64,000 nucleotides of DNA from Camelus ferus (taxonomy: Eukaryota). The DNA is taken from assembly GCF_009834535.1 (NCBI RefSeq), contig NC_045697.1, forward strand, positions 98,272,001 to 98,336,000. Direction: 5' to 3'. Position numbers and translations under genes: made by a program. The notes beneath the pieces are model-generated. The model was not told the origin of the DNA. It saw only the letters and a program-made list of their open reading frames with translations, and did no database searches. Positions 48,801 to 62,157 of the stretch are shown in pieces. The first letter of the stretch is position 1; every line of letters starts with the position of its first letter.

Positions 48801-50600
48801 GGCGTTCAGAAGGAACAAAGGGGCATCAGTCAAAGCAATCTTGTTTGGAGAATAAAAGTTCAGGCATCCAAAATATTAGACATACCTGTAATTAAGCCTT
48901 GAGAAGTGCCAAGGGAGATGATTGAAAAGAAAAGCACAGTGAAAGAAATATTTGAGAACAATGTCCCATCAAAGTAATCCATATACTATAATAAATAGCC
49001 AACCAACAAATACATTGCTCACACATGTCTCCACAACTTCAAATCCATCTTTGATATTTCCATGTTTAATATTTAGATTGTTTGATCACATCCCATCAGA
49101 TCAACTCAAACACTAGTTTCGTCTGCTGCTGCTCCACAGTTGCTGAGAACTGCTGCCTTACAGGCAAAAATATTACACACCAAGTGTCTGTGATCGTTCC
49201 CTCTCTCCTGCCTCCTCAAGAGAGTTCTCTGCTTGTGACACTCAAGTCCTGGCCATTTGCTGAAATGATCAAGGTAATGAGTAGAGAAGGGAGTTGGAGA
49301 AAATCCAGAAAGATAAAATTGATTTATATAAAATAGGCCACAGAATTATCCTCAAAAGGAAAGTGAAAAATCTAAGAAGCTCATGGAAGCAGTGGGAAAG
49401 AAGGAACAGCAGAATGAGGACAAAGCAAAGCTGGGTGGGGTTTTATTAAAGAGAAAAGAGATAGATGTGTGGTAACAGCTGCCATAATAAGTGACATCAA
49501 GGAGGAAAGAAACTAAAATTTATTTTTAAGACGTTTTCCTGTGTGTTGTATGATATAATTCCTTCCTCTCTGCCTTCTCAAGAGAAGTTCTAGATAAGCC
49601 TGAATTCCTTTTCAAGGTTTTATGGAAAAGAATGGACCTCAGTTGGTCCCTAACTAACTGTTGCTTGAAAGTACTTCACTTTGCTCCCACAGATTCTCTT
49701 TTCTATCTACCAAAATGTGTTTTTCAAGCCTTTTCCTTTTTTCCCCACATTTTTAACCCTACAAATTCTCAGCCCAGTATTTTGACAATTAATTCACTGA
49801 AATCATTGATAATACCAGAATCATTCATCTTCCAGTTCATCATCCCATTCCTTCATCCATCATTTCCTCCTCTTTGTTGGCTTCAGAGGAAACAGTGACC
49901 AGACTCCTGTCCTAGCTAACCTCGTACTCCATATCGCAATCTTAGCACTTCCTGGCTCACCCAGGGTAAGGCACCATCAATTGGTCCATTTTTCTTTTCC
50001 ATACTCTGTCTCTGTGGCAGCCTCTCCTTATCCTTGTTCTCATCCTGCTTCTTTACAAAATGGAAGTGACTACTTAGCCTAATGGTTCCATTTCTGGAAA
50101 CATATCTTAGAGGAATCCTCACACAATATACAACCCTATGATCCAGATCCCCTGGAAAAGAGCTTCTCCCCTAAAATATTCCCAAGGACACAGAGGGAGT
50201 CTCTAAGAGACTTTGACTTCTCTCATTTTATATGTGATGGTGTTTGAATTTTAACATCCAGGATTTATTATCTTTCTAAGGAACACAGTAAGGATTTTTT
50301 GAGTGCCAATAACTCTTCACCTGCAGCCAATGGCTATGGACTCGACTTTGGAAATCAGGTCCAAATTTAACCATCCCAAATGCTGTCCTCACTCCTGCCA
50401 ATGCTCAGGACTGCTCAGATATTAACAGATCCACCTCAGGAGCCTGATGATTGATAGAGTCTCTTGGCTGTTTCAGCACTTTGCAATTCTCCTTCCAAAA
50501 AGCTATCCCTTCTAAAACAATAATTGGACCATGTCATTGTTAGGTTCAAGTACCTTCAGTGGCTTTCCATTACCTCCTAAATAAAATAGTGACTTTCAGT

Positions 50601-50720
50601 GGGGAGCGGATAATTAGGTTTATTTATTTATTTAATTTTAGAAGAGTTACTGGGAATTGAACCCAGGACCTCATGCATGCTAAGAATGCACTCTACCACT
50701 TGAGCTATACCCATTCCCCC
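50601..50720 (-). mobile_element. tRNA-Ala-derived SINE (camelid vic-1 type)
   Basis: 'taattaggtttatttatt...ctgggaattgaacccaggacctcatgcatgctaagaatgcactctaccacttgagctatacc'. Confidence 0.9.
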
Positions 50721-50784
50721 ACACAGAGACTTCTTACAAGGTATGTAAAGACTTGAGAATATGACCCCAACGTCTTTTCATCTC

Positions 50785-50990
50785 CCTTTTTTTTCTTTCT
50801 CTGACTGATTTGTTTCACTTAGCTTAATGCCTTCAAGATCCATCCATATGGCCAAAAATGACAGGATTTTCTTCTTTCTTACGGCTGAAATATGTCTATG
50901 TATTTAGTCTTTGCCTAGTCATTGGTCAATGGACACTTAGGTTGTTTCCATATCTTGGCTATTGTAAATAATGTTGCAGTGAACATGGGG
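50785..50990 (-). mobile_element. L1 ORF2-end fragment
   Basis: 'tttcacttagcttaatgccttcaagatccatccat...atggacacttaggttgtttccatatcttggctattgtaaataatg'. Confidence 0.85.
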
Positions 50991-51584
50991 GAAAAATACT
51001 TCATTGTAGCCAGATCAGAGCTCTCCTTTGAACATGAGCCTCCAACTTCATCCTTTGCTAGAGCTTCTTCCTAATCTAGAATTCCTTCCTTTCAGCACCT
51101 GACCACATCCAAACCCTACTCATCCAAACCACACCAACCACCTTGTGAAGCTTCACTCATGCCACTCATGAGAATTAGCCATTCATTCTTTGTACTCCAA
51201 TGGTATCCTGTCTCCAGTACTGGACTTACAGTACTGTATAGCATAGTTAGATATAGAGCCTTACCTCCTTCAAGATTCTAAGTTTTTTGCAGCCAGAGAA
51301 TAATTTTATTCATGTCTGCATTCTTTCCACATATATAACATGTGGTATATACCAGTTGTTGAGTAAATGTCTATTCTAATGAGTTTGGTAGAATCACTCA
51401 TATCAGCATTGAAGTTAGTATCTGATATTAACTCAGTATTACTTTCTATGTTGACTGCTTTAATTTTCAAACTTTATACAAAAGTATTACAATTAAAAAG
51501 TTAAGTATGTTTTTGTTTTTGAGAGGAAACGAAGCAAAACACAATTTTATTCAAAAATTTGACTCTCTGAAACTATATGTTTAC

Positions 51585-51835
51585 TAATAACAATAATGGT
51601 TGCCTTTTATTGAGTATCTAGTATACGCCAGGCACTGATTTAGTATTACACATTCATTATATCATTTAATCTTCTAAAGAAACCTGTAAAGTACAGCAAA
51701 CATAACTTTATATCCATTTTGCATATAAAGAAACTGAGTCTCAGAGAAGAAATCAGTCCCAGATCATAGGGCCACGTGGAGTTACCAGGCATCAAAGCCA
51801 AATTAGTCTAATACTAGAACCCATACTCTCACAAC
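51585..51835 (-). mobile_element. MIR SINE
   Basis: 'ttattgagtatctagtatacgccaggcactg...tcatttaatc...ccattttgcatataaagaaactgagtctcagaga'. Confidence 0.8.
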
Positions 51836-53059
51836 TCTGTCCCACCGTGTCCTCATCAACTGCTTTAGAGAAAAAATTGTGATGGCTGGAGAGGGACTCC
51901 AAAAAAGAAAGTAGACTGGAGTGGGCTGATGTTACAGGCTGTGCCCCAGAATGTCCCAAGAAAAATATTTTGTATTGATTAGAAGTATATAGTAAAGGCA
52001 GGGGGAAATTTAGGGGACAGCCATTATGTACCTAGATGTTTGGTAATACAAGAAAACCCTTTTGCAAATTCGTGAATTGGAATACTTGATATGATGAAAT
52101 CTGCCCTTCCTATCTCGTGTTTCCTTGTTTAAGCCCCAGCCCCCTCCCTTCTCCCTTCCCTTGATCAAACCTCAAAAACTGCCCTGAAAATGGAATTGGA
52201 GCCTATATTCATTTTGGTCATTTTTATCCTTATACTAAAGTGCACATCAAATGAGGAATGAGGAGAACAAGTGAAATTAAAATTTTAATTTTAATGTAAA
52301 ATTAGTGTATTTATTTCACAAGTCTCTCAAAGTGGCAACCAGCTTTGTAACGTTTTTCCATCCTTGTTTGAAAATGTTTCTGCGCTATATAGGAGAAATC
52401 TTCAGACTAACATTCTTGAGATGACAAATAGAGAAGAAATGTTTGGGAGCAAACATTTATAAAACGTTTGAGGTCACTTGCTCTGTGTTAATCGAGCTTT
52501 CATTTCTAGGTGGGCTATTACGTCGTGTATAAACCAGGAAAGGTTATGTTTTATTTCACATAACCTAAGGCTAAGCTTCTGCTCTCTATCCGAATCTACA
52601 GCCATTCCTTTTATCCCCTTCTTTAAATTCCTCCTCAAAAGTCCCTCCCTCCTTCCCCTTAAATGTCTCTCCCATAATGAAGTGGCTGTGGGGTAGGGCC
52701 CCAAGATTCAACAACAACAAAAAATGGCTCTGAATCTGAAGCCAGATGCCAAATATGTCTACCGAAGGAGAATTACCCAACTTCTCCTTATTCATTTTCT
52801 GCCTTTATGGTCTTATATGTCTCATTAGATCATAAGCCCACAGGGAGAATTGTGCTTTTAGGATCTACAGTAGTAGTACATTAAAAGTACTGAAAAGATG
52901 CTTATCTTTAGAAATATGCAATGATGTAAAGTTGTAATAGTCATGGAGGAAAAGGACTGACCTATTTCTTGTTAAAATTATCTGCAGTTTCACGTCTAAA
53001 AGAGATGAAAAGTGTTTTATTCAAAATATTAACCTTGAGAAAACCTCACAGGCTAATGC

Positions 53060-53250
53060 AAGGAGGCTTGGCTGGGAGTCAGAAAACCAGATTCAAGTCC
53101 TAATTCTTCTACCAACTCAGCCTAAGAAGTTGGACCAGTTACTTTACCCATTTGCAGGAGTCCATGAAATAGGCATACTAACCCCTTCCTACCACCTCAC
53201 AGGGATTTCTAAGTGTTAAATGAAATGAATTTTGTGAAAGTGCATCCATT
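53060..53250 (+). mobile_element. MIR SINE
   Basis: 'ggctgggagtcagaaaaccagattcaagtcct...cagttactt...acctcacagggattt...taaatgaaatga'. Confidence 0.7.
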
Positions 53251-54399
53251 AGTTTAAAACCATACTGGATTGGCACGGTGGTTGTTATAGTTACTTCATT
53301 TGTTTTTTAGTGATTTCTAGTTCACCAGGATGAAATAACACACATATCTCCCTTTACTCTCTAAAATCACACCAAATCAGGAATAATAACCATTTAACAG
53401 ATACAAATCCATAAGGCACAAAGACAGAGAAACAGCAGGAGATAAGAAATAACAACAAATATTTGGAAGATGCAAAGCTAATCAAAGAACCAGAGTGAGG
53501 GGGAAGCTGAGTACCAAGTGCCTAGAGACACAATCAATTCCTACCCCCAAACTAAGAAAGGCTGGAGAACTAAAGCATCAGTCATCTCAGGAGGCAAGAG
53601 TGAGGAGGAGGCTCGACCAGGGGGTTTTGGTTGAAAGTCTAAGGAGCAGGATTACTTATACCTCCCGCAGTCACTTGTTCTATGTATGGAGAAACTCCTG
53701 TTTCATGCTAACAGACACAATACAGAGAAAGAAAAACGCTGCACAGAAGTCGAAACAGTTAAGTATAGGTCAAAGTACTGAACAGTGAGGTGCCCCCTTT
53801 GGCTCCACTCCAAAAATTGCTGACCACCTGACATATCCCATGAAAACAAGCAGGAAACATGCCCTGCCTGTGCACTCATCAGTGGTTTAAAAACGGTGGT
53901 AAATACCAGAGGAACTGCTAAAAGCATGAAAATAGGAGCTCCTCTATTGACAGCAAAACTCTTGAAATACTAATAAATCACTTATATGTATTACTTTGAA
54001 ATTTTAAAATAATTTTTTAAAGATGTACCTTTCAAAGAAACTAGAGTCTGGATTAATAAGAGAAGTTGATATGTTCCCCACTTTGGATTTTATTAGCAAA
54101 ACAAGATTAAATCTAACAGATGGGGAATATAATAAAATTGACACAAAATGGCACATGCAACTTAGAATATTTTTGGCTGAGTCAGCCCAGTCCAGGCAGA
54201 ATCACACGTGCTTGACAGCACTTGCTTGAGAGTTTATCACTTGTGGAAAGAGTGTTTTGGAGATGGGGCCGAGGGTGTTCTGGGGCTCATCTGCCGGTAC
54301 CTCCTCAGGTACCAGCTGCCTGACCTGCCTTGTTTACAGACAGAGAACTTGCCCACTAACTTTTCTCTCTTCCTCTGGCCTCTCCTCCTTCTAATTCAT

Positions 54400-54910
54400 T
54401 GCTACCCAAGCACTATTTCCAAAATGTGGGTCTGATCGAGTTGCCCTTCTTCTACAAATCTTTTGATGACCCCACCCATTCAGCCTGGTCTCCTGAGCCA
54501 CTGGGCACACAGAACAGAGAACTGCTTGCCCTCCCCTAAACTCTCCATTCACTTCCACGCCTCTGTATCTCATATAAGCTCTTCCTCCTCCCTGCAAGGC
54601 TCTGTTCTGTCTTTCCTGGCAAAGATGCACTCCTTTTAAAAAACAGAACAAAAACAAAACAAAAACAGCTAAAAAATCATCATCCGGTCTCAACCCAGCA
54701 GGGTAAATTACTTGCTTATTATTCTTATTTCCCTATGTTTACACCCTGTGTTTTATTTGCTTCAACATCTATCTCCTCCCCAAGACTAGAAGTTCTCAAA
54801 AGCAGGCATCAGGTTTAATCATCTCTGTACCTTCAATATCAAGCAAAGTGTCAGACACACAGTTAGCCCTCAAGGAGAGTTTTTTGAATGAACCAGTAAG
54901 GAGTGAATCA
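54400..54910 (+). mobile_element. L2 3' region
   Basis: 'tctgatcgagttgcccttc...agactagaagttctcaaaagcagg...atctctgtacc...cagacacacagttagccctcaa...tgaatgaa'. Confidence 0.65.
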
Positions 54911-55139
54911 ATCCCACATTAATTTGGGCCTTGGCATACCTTATGCAAGAATGTCTATATCGTGCTAATGTGAGAAACTGATTTACATGACGCTAGCTGG
55001 CTATCATCTAAGCTCCCAGGGCGTGAGGTCTAAATATCACCTCAAACGCAGGAATTATACCAATGCTCTTTTCCTCTTAGAGATAACAGAAAAGAATACA
55101 ACCCAGCAGTGAATCCGGTGTGTTGATCACTTGGAGCAG

Positions 55140-55845
55140 ATATTTTAATTTTCATGATAGGATACAAAATCAGTAAAATATTTCATGGATGAACTAGAAG
55201 ATACCCTTAACAAACAAAAATATTCCACCTTGCAGTCCATAGTCAGTTTTCCCTTTGAAATATGAAACATAAAAACTCCAAGAGGTCACAAAGCATGACA
55301 GAATTGAAGTAACTCAAGTTCCCCTCTTCCATCTTTACAGTCACATGGTGTCATGGTTAATTTCTAACCTACAGTTTAAAAGCAGGCACAGGAAGCACCA
55401 CCGGACTGGGAGACAGAAACTGCACTCCCAGTGAGTGCAAACGATTCTGAATCCCAGGGAACCTACTCTCCAAACCAATGCCTGTAGCTGACTCCGCCTG
55501 AGCCAGGGCCTATTGTATACCTGGGACGTCTCCAAATTAACTTCCATGCTGAATGCAATTTTTATTAAAGGAGAGCTCATAAAAATATGTTCAATTGGAA
55601 GCTTAGATATAAATTCATAAAACTCAACTGTAATCACAGCAATTGTTTAACACTTAGGCCAACAGAAATATCTGATTTGGTCGGGGGCGGGGAAAGTGAT
55701 GCGGGCGGTAGGATTTTACCGCTGGCATTGTTTAAAACTGCCGGAGCATGGTGACAATAAGAAGTATATCGATTCATAGTCAGTTTTATTTTTGGCTTTA
55801 AATTCTCTGCAGGCAAGATGTCCCTTTATTGCCTGCCCCCGGGAA
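55140..55845 (-). mobile_element. MER97-family (hAT-Tip100) DNA transposon
   Basis: The reverse complement 'gcaggcaataaaggg...gagaatttaaa...aataaaactgacta...caccatg...aaacaattgctg...ttcagcatggaagttaatttggaga...aacttgagttacttcaattctgtcat' matches MER97 as recalled. Confidence 0.85.
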
Positions 55846-56142
55846 GACTGTAGGAAATATCCCCTTCCCCCTTCCTCTGTTGCATCATGAACTCTCCCTA
55901 CTTCCTTCTAGGAACTGGGGAGCAGGTAGAGGAGGGGGAATCAAGGCTCTTCTGGAGAGCATCCAGCCAGAGTAGCCTGGCCTGAGGAGTCAGAGAGTTT
56001 CTGCAGCCTCCCACATTAGTCAGTGTTCAGACCTCAGCCATCTACCTGACACCACCTGCTGCAAGGGCCTTGGACAAACCTCAACGATGGCCAGCTCTGT
56101 CACCTGCCTACTTCACTATGAACTTGTCTCCCTAGGTCCTAC

Positions 56143-56530
56143 TGGGTCAGTTTCCTAGGGCTGCCATAGGAAAATACCCCCAACAGGGTGGCTTAAACAA
56201 TACAAATTTATTTTCTCATAGTTATGGGGGCTAGAAGTCCAAGATCAAGGTGTCGCCAGGGTTCTTTCTCCTGAGGCTTCCCTCTCTGGTTTGCAGATGG
56301 GAGTTTCCTCCCTCTGTCTTCATATGGTCTTCCCTCTGTGTGTGTGTGTCCTAACTTCCTCTTCTTACAAGGACACCAGGTATGTTAGATTAGGACCCAC
56401 ATATGACCTCATTTTATCTTAATTACCTCTTCAAAACCCCTATCTCCAAATATAGCCACATTATGAGTTACTTACAGGGGGTTAAGACTTCAATATATGA
56501 ATTTGAGAGGATACAGTTTAGACTAGAGCA
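56143..56530 (-). mobile_element. MLT1B-like solo LTR
   Basis: 'agtttcctagggctgccata...ggtggcttaaacaa...ggctagaagtccaagatcaaggtgtc...acttcaatatatgaattt'. Perfect 5-bp TSD CCTAC (56138-56142 / 56531-56535). Confidence 0.92.
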
Positions 56531-59490
56531 CCTACTCTCTGACCCAGAGGCACTCAATCAAACACCCCTTCCTTCCTGCCACGTCCAAAGCTCACCATCC
56601 ACTTCCCACACCTGGATCATCTCATTTACCTGACTTCCATTTCCCAAACTCCAGCTCTAAGTGTCTCTTATTCTCCTTTCTAAGTGATGAGATTAGCGGA
56701 ATAACCGGCTTTAGCTCTCCTGGAATAAATTGCATTTGAGAGAAGTTGGATAACTAAAATGACCCTCCAGTAGAACCTACAGTTGATGGGGATGGAGGTG
56801 AGAAGAGCTGGTCTTTGGGTGCTTTCTGCCCCTTCTACTTCATCACCACCATCCCCACTGCCCATCCCCTCCCCCAACAAGCACATAGAGTTCTCAGGAT
56901 TAAAACACAGAGGCTTCTTTCAACACCATATCTCCTCTCCCCTTTCCCACTCAAAGCCTGCATCTACCTAGGCAGTGGACATGGAGTTCAGTAAATCATG
57001 GACGGTCGTGTCTTGGAGAGAAAGATTATGGTCATTAAAAAACTACACTGCAAAACACAAGTTCCCACACTAAGTCCTCTTAGATATTATACTTCAAAAG
57101 CTACAGTTTGGCACATTGGAACCTGTGTAATGACATCTCTGTCCAGCCAGCCTCTGGTGTGGCATCTACTGCCTGGAAAAAGCATGCCTCTTACCTTTTT
57201 TTGAATTATATAATTAGCAAATGGTAGGGACAGAAGTTAGAACTGCATCTAAAAAAGATACATTCCCAAATGGGCACTGTCACATGTCACATTATAGTTT
57301 ATCTATCAGCTTTGCTGTTACCCAGAAAACTATTCTGAAAAGCATATTAAAATAACAAACAATAGAGGAAGAAAAGATGTCGATGCTTTTGGCACTGTAA
57401 ACTGTAGCTTTCCACAATCACATACACAGTTTTCTTCTGAAGCTTCCAGAGGGAAAGGACTGAGTCTTTCAGTACCACCAGAAACCGTAACAATACGAGG
57501 TTCTCTGTAGCTATACTGAACTGAACGAAACTGAATGGAAAGAGTATTTATTTGCTGGCCTATCAACACATAAACAGCTTATCGATCTTTGCCACTTAAG
57601 TCAGTGACAGAAAGAGGATCAGAACAGAGATTTGCACGTGACTATTTCAAACACTAAACTGCTCCAAATTTCTGACTTTAAATAATTTCCACATTTCAGA
57701 AGTAGGAAATTTAAATAGAGCTGAGTTTTTCTTTTATCTATTAAGATATCCCTTATCATAATTCCTAAATTCCTCTCAATGCTCAAGCTTGATGTGTTAG
57801 CATTTAATTATCCATATTACACCCAAAGTCATCTGCATCCAAGAAAAACATGAAATGCGTAATTTAGAGGAGAAACACGACATTCAGTATTGTCTTACTT
57901 TCAGAAAATAATTCTGTATGCATGCAGAGCTTACGATGAACTAGGGAATAATTTAGTGTTATGACCCTCATATTCAGTTGTTAATTACTTTTTCATTGTC
58001 CTCAATATATTTCTATTGCATCAATGGAAAACTGGAGTCATCCTCCGGTGACCAAAATTATACATATTAATTGTTATGAATATTAATTAAGAGCTTTGGG
58101 TCTTTATGGAAAACCATCTACTTCCTACTTCAAAGGCATTGAGTTTCAGTGCTATAAAAAATTTACTGCAGTTAAAAATTTTAATCAATAAGATTATAGG
58201 TTCTTCTGTTGTTTTTGTTCAACTTCTGGAGAGACAAATCTTTTTAAATGAAGTAATTGATCTACAGCGTTTTGTCTGCAAAAGAGCCTATTTCAAAAGA
58301 AAATAAATGTTCCATGTCTGACTTATGAAAAAATAGATATTACAGAAAGAAAGCTGTTTAGTTATCGAGGCTTTTAACAACCAAGTGAGAAGCTGGGAGA
58401 ATCGATCAACCGTATTCATTTTGTTCAACCCCAGCGTGGCAGAGAACATAGTAGGGGTTATGAGGGGTGTTCATAATCTTGTACTCACAGTGCTTGGAGA
58501 ACATGTTTCAGAGTCTGCACATATATGCACACGCATAGCACGTCTGATAGAGGATTAAGGTGTTTGGAAGAGAAAACACTAACTCTTATTCCTAGGGGCT
58601 TTTTTCTTCTCTCTCATCTCCTTCCCAGTCCTTTGAGAACAGAACAGTCAATCAGACAGTATGAGGTGAACAGCATTAAGGGCAGATGGACCCTGAATGT
58701 TGTGCAAAACAATTGTTCTTAATCTTAGTTTGGCTACATCTCAGATTAAATTTAATTATGCCAACCATCTAACAATGTATGCAAACATTTATCAAAACAC
58801 AATTAATTTAAAATCATTTTCTTTAAAATATGTGTGTGTCATTTATCTTTGCTAGGAAGAGGGTCTTTGTTTTGAGGATAATTGCAAATGTGGTTTTCTT
58901 CATGTTGGTTGTAAAAGTCAAGGGGAAGATATCAACAATTACTAGGGCACACCAGTGACTCTTTCAAGTATATTACTCATGTCTTAAAGGCATCACTCAA
59001 ATACCAACCTAAATAGCCTGTCCCAATTCTCCATTGGTTTCTGAGCACTCTTGCTCTTGGATTCTGTTCTCAGAGTGCCATGAGCTTCACACAAGTCTCC
59101 TTTGTGGCCTCCGTTTTCCTCTACCAGGACCAAGTCTCTATAGACATGAGGTCTGGCACCCATCCCTTTCCCTAAGCCCACTGCACACACCGTTGATAAT
59201 ATAGAAAACTTTACTGAGTGTTGGAGAGATCAGTGGCCCTCATATCACAGAACAACAATAAGACTTGAAAATTAATATTTGGCTTTTTTGTTCTTAAACA
59301 TTTCTCAGCAGACAGTAACAAGAGTTGATCAGGATGTGGAGAAGTTGGAACTTTCATACATTGCTGGTGGGAATATAAAATGTTTCAGCCACTTTGGAAA
59401 ATGGTTTGGCAGCTCCTCAAAATGCTAAATATAGAGTTACTGTATCACCCTGCAATTCTACATTCCCAAGAGAAATGAAAACATATATCC

Positions 59491-59960
59491 TATTAAAGAA
59501 AAAAGGATTCTGACACTTGTTAAAATGGTAAGGAAGACCATTCTGGACTATTGCAACATGTGTCCAGACTATCACATAGGGGAGAGAGATGGGGTTTGAC
59601 TCCAAATACAGCAAAGACAGCTGGGGATTTATGGTCAACAATAAAAGTGAGGGAGTCAGTGTGTGGAAAATTAAGAGAAGACATGAAGGGTAGAGGGAAT
59701 TTTGCTAAACTAACTTCATGGGATTCTTGCTGAAGGCAGTTCAAGGACTCACACAACAAAAGTGAAGTTGAAGAATTTGACTAGATACCAGAATGATCAG
59801 TAATCAAAGGTTGAAGGATTCCTGCTCAACTGACTTGGCAAGATACTTGCTAATACTGGGCTCTGCTGGCCTGGCAAGGACAGGACCAAGGTCAAATCCT
59901 AATCAAGGAAAAGAAACAGAGGAGCCGTTCAAAGCTTGGTCAAGGAGAGAGTCTTTGTCA
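59491..59960 (-). mobile_element. MER31-family ERV1 LTR
   Basis: 'ttaaagaaaaaa..attctgacacttgttaaaatggtaaggaagac...ggattcttgctgaaggcag...ggtcaaggagagagtctttgtca'. Confidence 0.82.
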
Positions 59961-60040
59961 GTCAAAACTTGTACATGAATGTTCATACAAAAACTTGTAC
60001 ATGAATGTTAATAGGAGAATTATTCATAATAGCCAGAAAG

Positions 60041-60170
60041 GGGGAAACATAGTTCAGTGGCAGAGCACATGCTTAGCATGCACAAGGTCCTGGGTTCAAT
60101 CCCCAGTACATCCATTAAAATAAATAAATAAATAAACCTAGTTACCTCGTCCCCCCAAAAGATATTGAAA
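60041..60170 (+). mobile_element. tRNA-Ala-derived SINE (camelid vic-1 type)
   Basis: tRNA head with 'catgcttagcatg' and B-box GGTTCAATCCC. Perfect 16-bp TSD cataatagccagaaag (60025-60040 / 60171-60186). Confidence 0.93.
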
Positions 60171-61714
60171 CATAATAGCCAGAAAGCAGAAACAACCCAA
60201 GGGATCATCAACTGATGACTGGATGAACAAAATGTGGTTTATTCATACAATGGACTATTATTCCACAACAAAAAAAAATGAAGTGTTGATATGTGCTAAA
60301 ACAGGGGTGAACCTTGAAATATTATGCTAAGTGAAAGAAGCCAGTCACAAAGGACCACATATAGTATGATTCCATTTATATGAGATGGGCAGAAAAGGCA
60401 AATCCATAGAAACAAAAACTAAATGAGTGGTTGCCAGGGGCAGGAGGAAGGGGGAGTGGGGGCAACTGGTAATGGGTCCAGGATTTCCTTTGGGGGTCAT
60501 GAAAATGTTCTAAAATTACACAGTGGTGATCGTTGCATAATGCTGTAAGTATGCTAAAAAACACTGAATTGTATGCTTTAAAAGAGTGAATTTTATGGTG
60601 TATGAATTGTATCTCAATAAAGCTTTGTTATAGAAAAAAGTTCTCGGGTGTTTCCACAAGTGAGGCTCCAGACGCGCACTAATTTGCTCAGTCTTCATTC
60701 TTTCCTTCTCTTCTTCCTACACAGCAACAGAAAAACAATGACCCTCACTTTCTGATGGACAGCAAACCCACTTTCTCAAGTTCCTGCCTCAGTCCTGAGT
60801 TCTCTTTATCAATGTATTGATTACAAAATGAGCATTCTGCTAGAACCTTCCTTACACCCCAACAATCAGTAATATATCCCCCTTTTAAAAAGAGGAAAGG
60901 ACTACCAGCGTATTTGACTTCTAAGTTTTGTGGATTTTTTAACTCAATAACAACAATTCCATATTAAAATGAAGTGTGTTCATTGTAGTTTCAAGGCATG
61001 CACTATGCACTTCCGAAAAGGATGTCTCAAATTTTTAAAAAATTCAAAACACAGAAAAGAAGACGATTATTATGTAACAGGTACAAGGATGCTAACGACT
61101 TCTAATAATAAATAGAACCAAAGGAACACAATAATGGTTCATTTGAAATGGAACAACAACAGTCTTAAATCCACTAGGATTAAATTTCATTTAACTGCTA
61201 TCAGTATTTATGCCCATTCAGGTTATTTTGAGGACATATTAATAAAATATTAAATGCATAAATAACGACTATACTGAAGGAGAAAAACTATGATATGACA
61301 ATTAAATGGAGCATGACATATGGATATACTATAAAATAATTTTGCTGACTACAGAAAATCAGCCACAAAAATGCTTCTTTTCATGAAGTAACAATGACTT
61401 CAGGTGTCTAATTAGACTGTTAGCATGTTGAAACTACAACCATCCATTATGCTTAGCTTTAGAGACCCCTAAACTGAACCCTGACTCTTGCTCTGTGTAA
61501 TTCAAACACTTCAGATGCCACTAAACTGAAGAGCAGGTAATCAAAGGAATACCTGGATCAGCTAACTCAGAGAAATGGTACTGAGAGTAGCTAATAAGCA
61601 TATATAACCTTATGGAAAGGCCAAATATAGAAGCTGCTGATCAGTTATTTTCTTGTTTTACTAAAGAAATAATAACTACAAACAGATGCAAAGTATCTGG
61701 GAATTTCACTTAGG

Positions 61715-62157
61715 ATAGTACTCCTTTGCAAATACAGAAAACCCTGCTATTTTACCTTACACAGATAGAAGTCTCCACAACTAGAGTCCAGGAGTAGATA
61801 ATCTAGGAATAATAGAGTGGTTCGATGATGTCATCAGCAACTAAACTCATCCATCTTTCCACTCTACCATCCTGGCATGTGGGGCTTTGTTCTCATACTT
61901 GTTGCCTCACAGTTGCAAAATGGCTACCACACCTCCAGGCATCACATCCAAATTCCACCCAAGTAGAAGAGGAGAAAAGGATGAAAGAACTGTGAAATTT
62001 TCTCTGAAATCTCTAACAGCTTTCTGCTTGTATCTCATTAGTCAAATGTATGTCAAAAGATACTCCTTAATGTAAAGTAATATGGGAGGGAGAATTTTTT
62101 TAAAAAAATAAGATCCTCAGGGAAGGGTAGACTGGATATTGGGTAGGTGACTAGCAC
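61715..62157 (-). mobile_element. MLT1 (MLT1J-like) LTR
   Basis: 'gatgtcatcag...ctctaccatcct...gcaaaatggctaccacacctccaggcatcacatcc...tggatattgggtagg'. Confidence 0.75.

Larger units (their letters stand above)
59308..60638 (+). mobile_element. L1MB-like 3' region interrupted by a MER31 LTR and a SINE
   Basis: 'aggatgtggagaagttggaac...cattgctggtgggaat...atgctaagtgaaagaagccagtcacaaa...gaattgtatctcaataaagc'. Confidence 0.88.

Noticed and set aside
45291..60170. Functional tRNA-Ala genes
   Set aside because: The acceptor stems are broken and the copies have A-rich tails and (where visible) TSDs, so they are SINEs.
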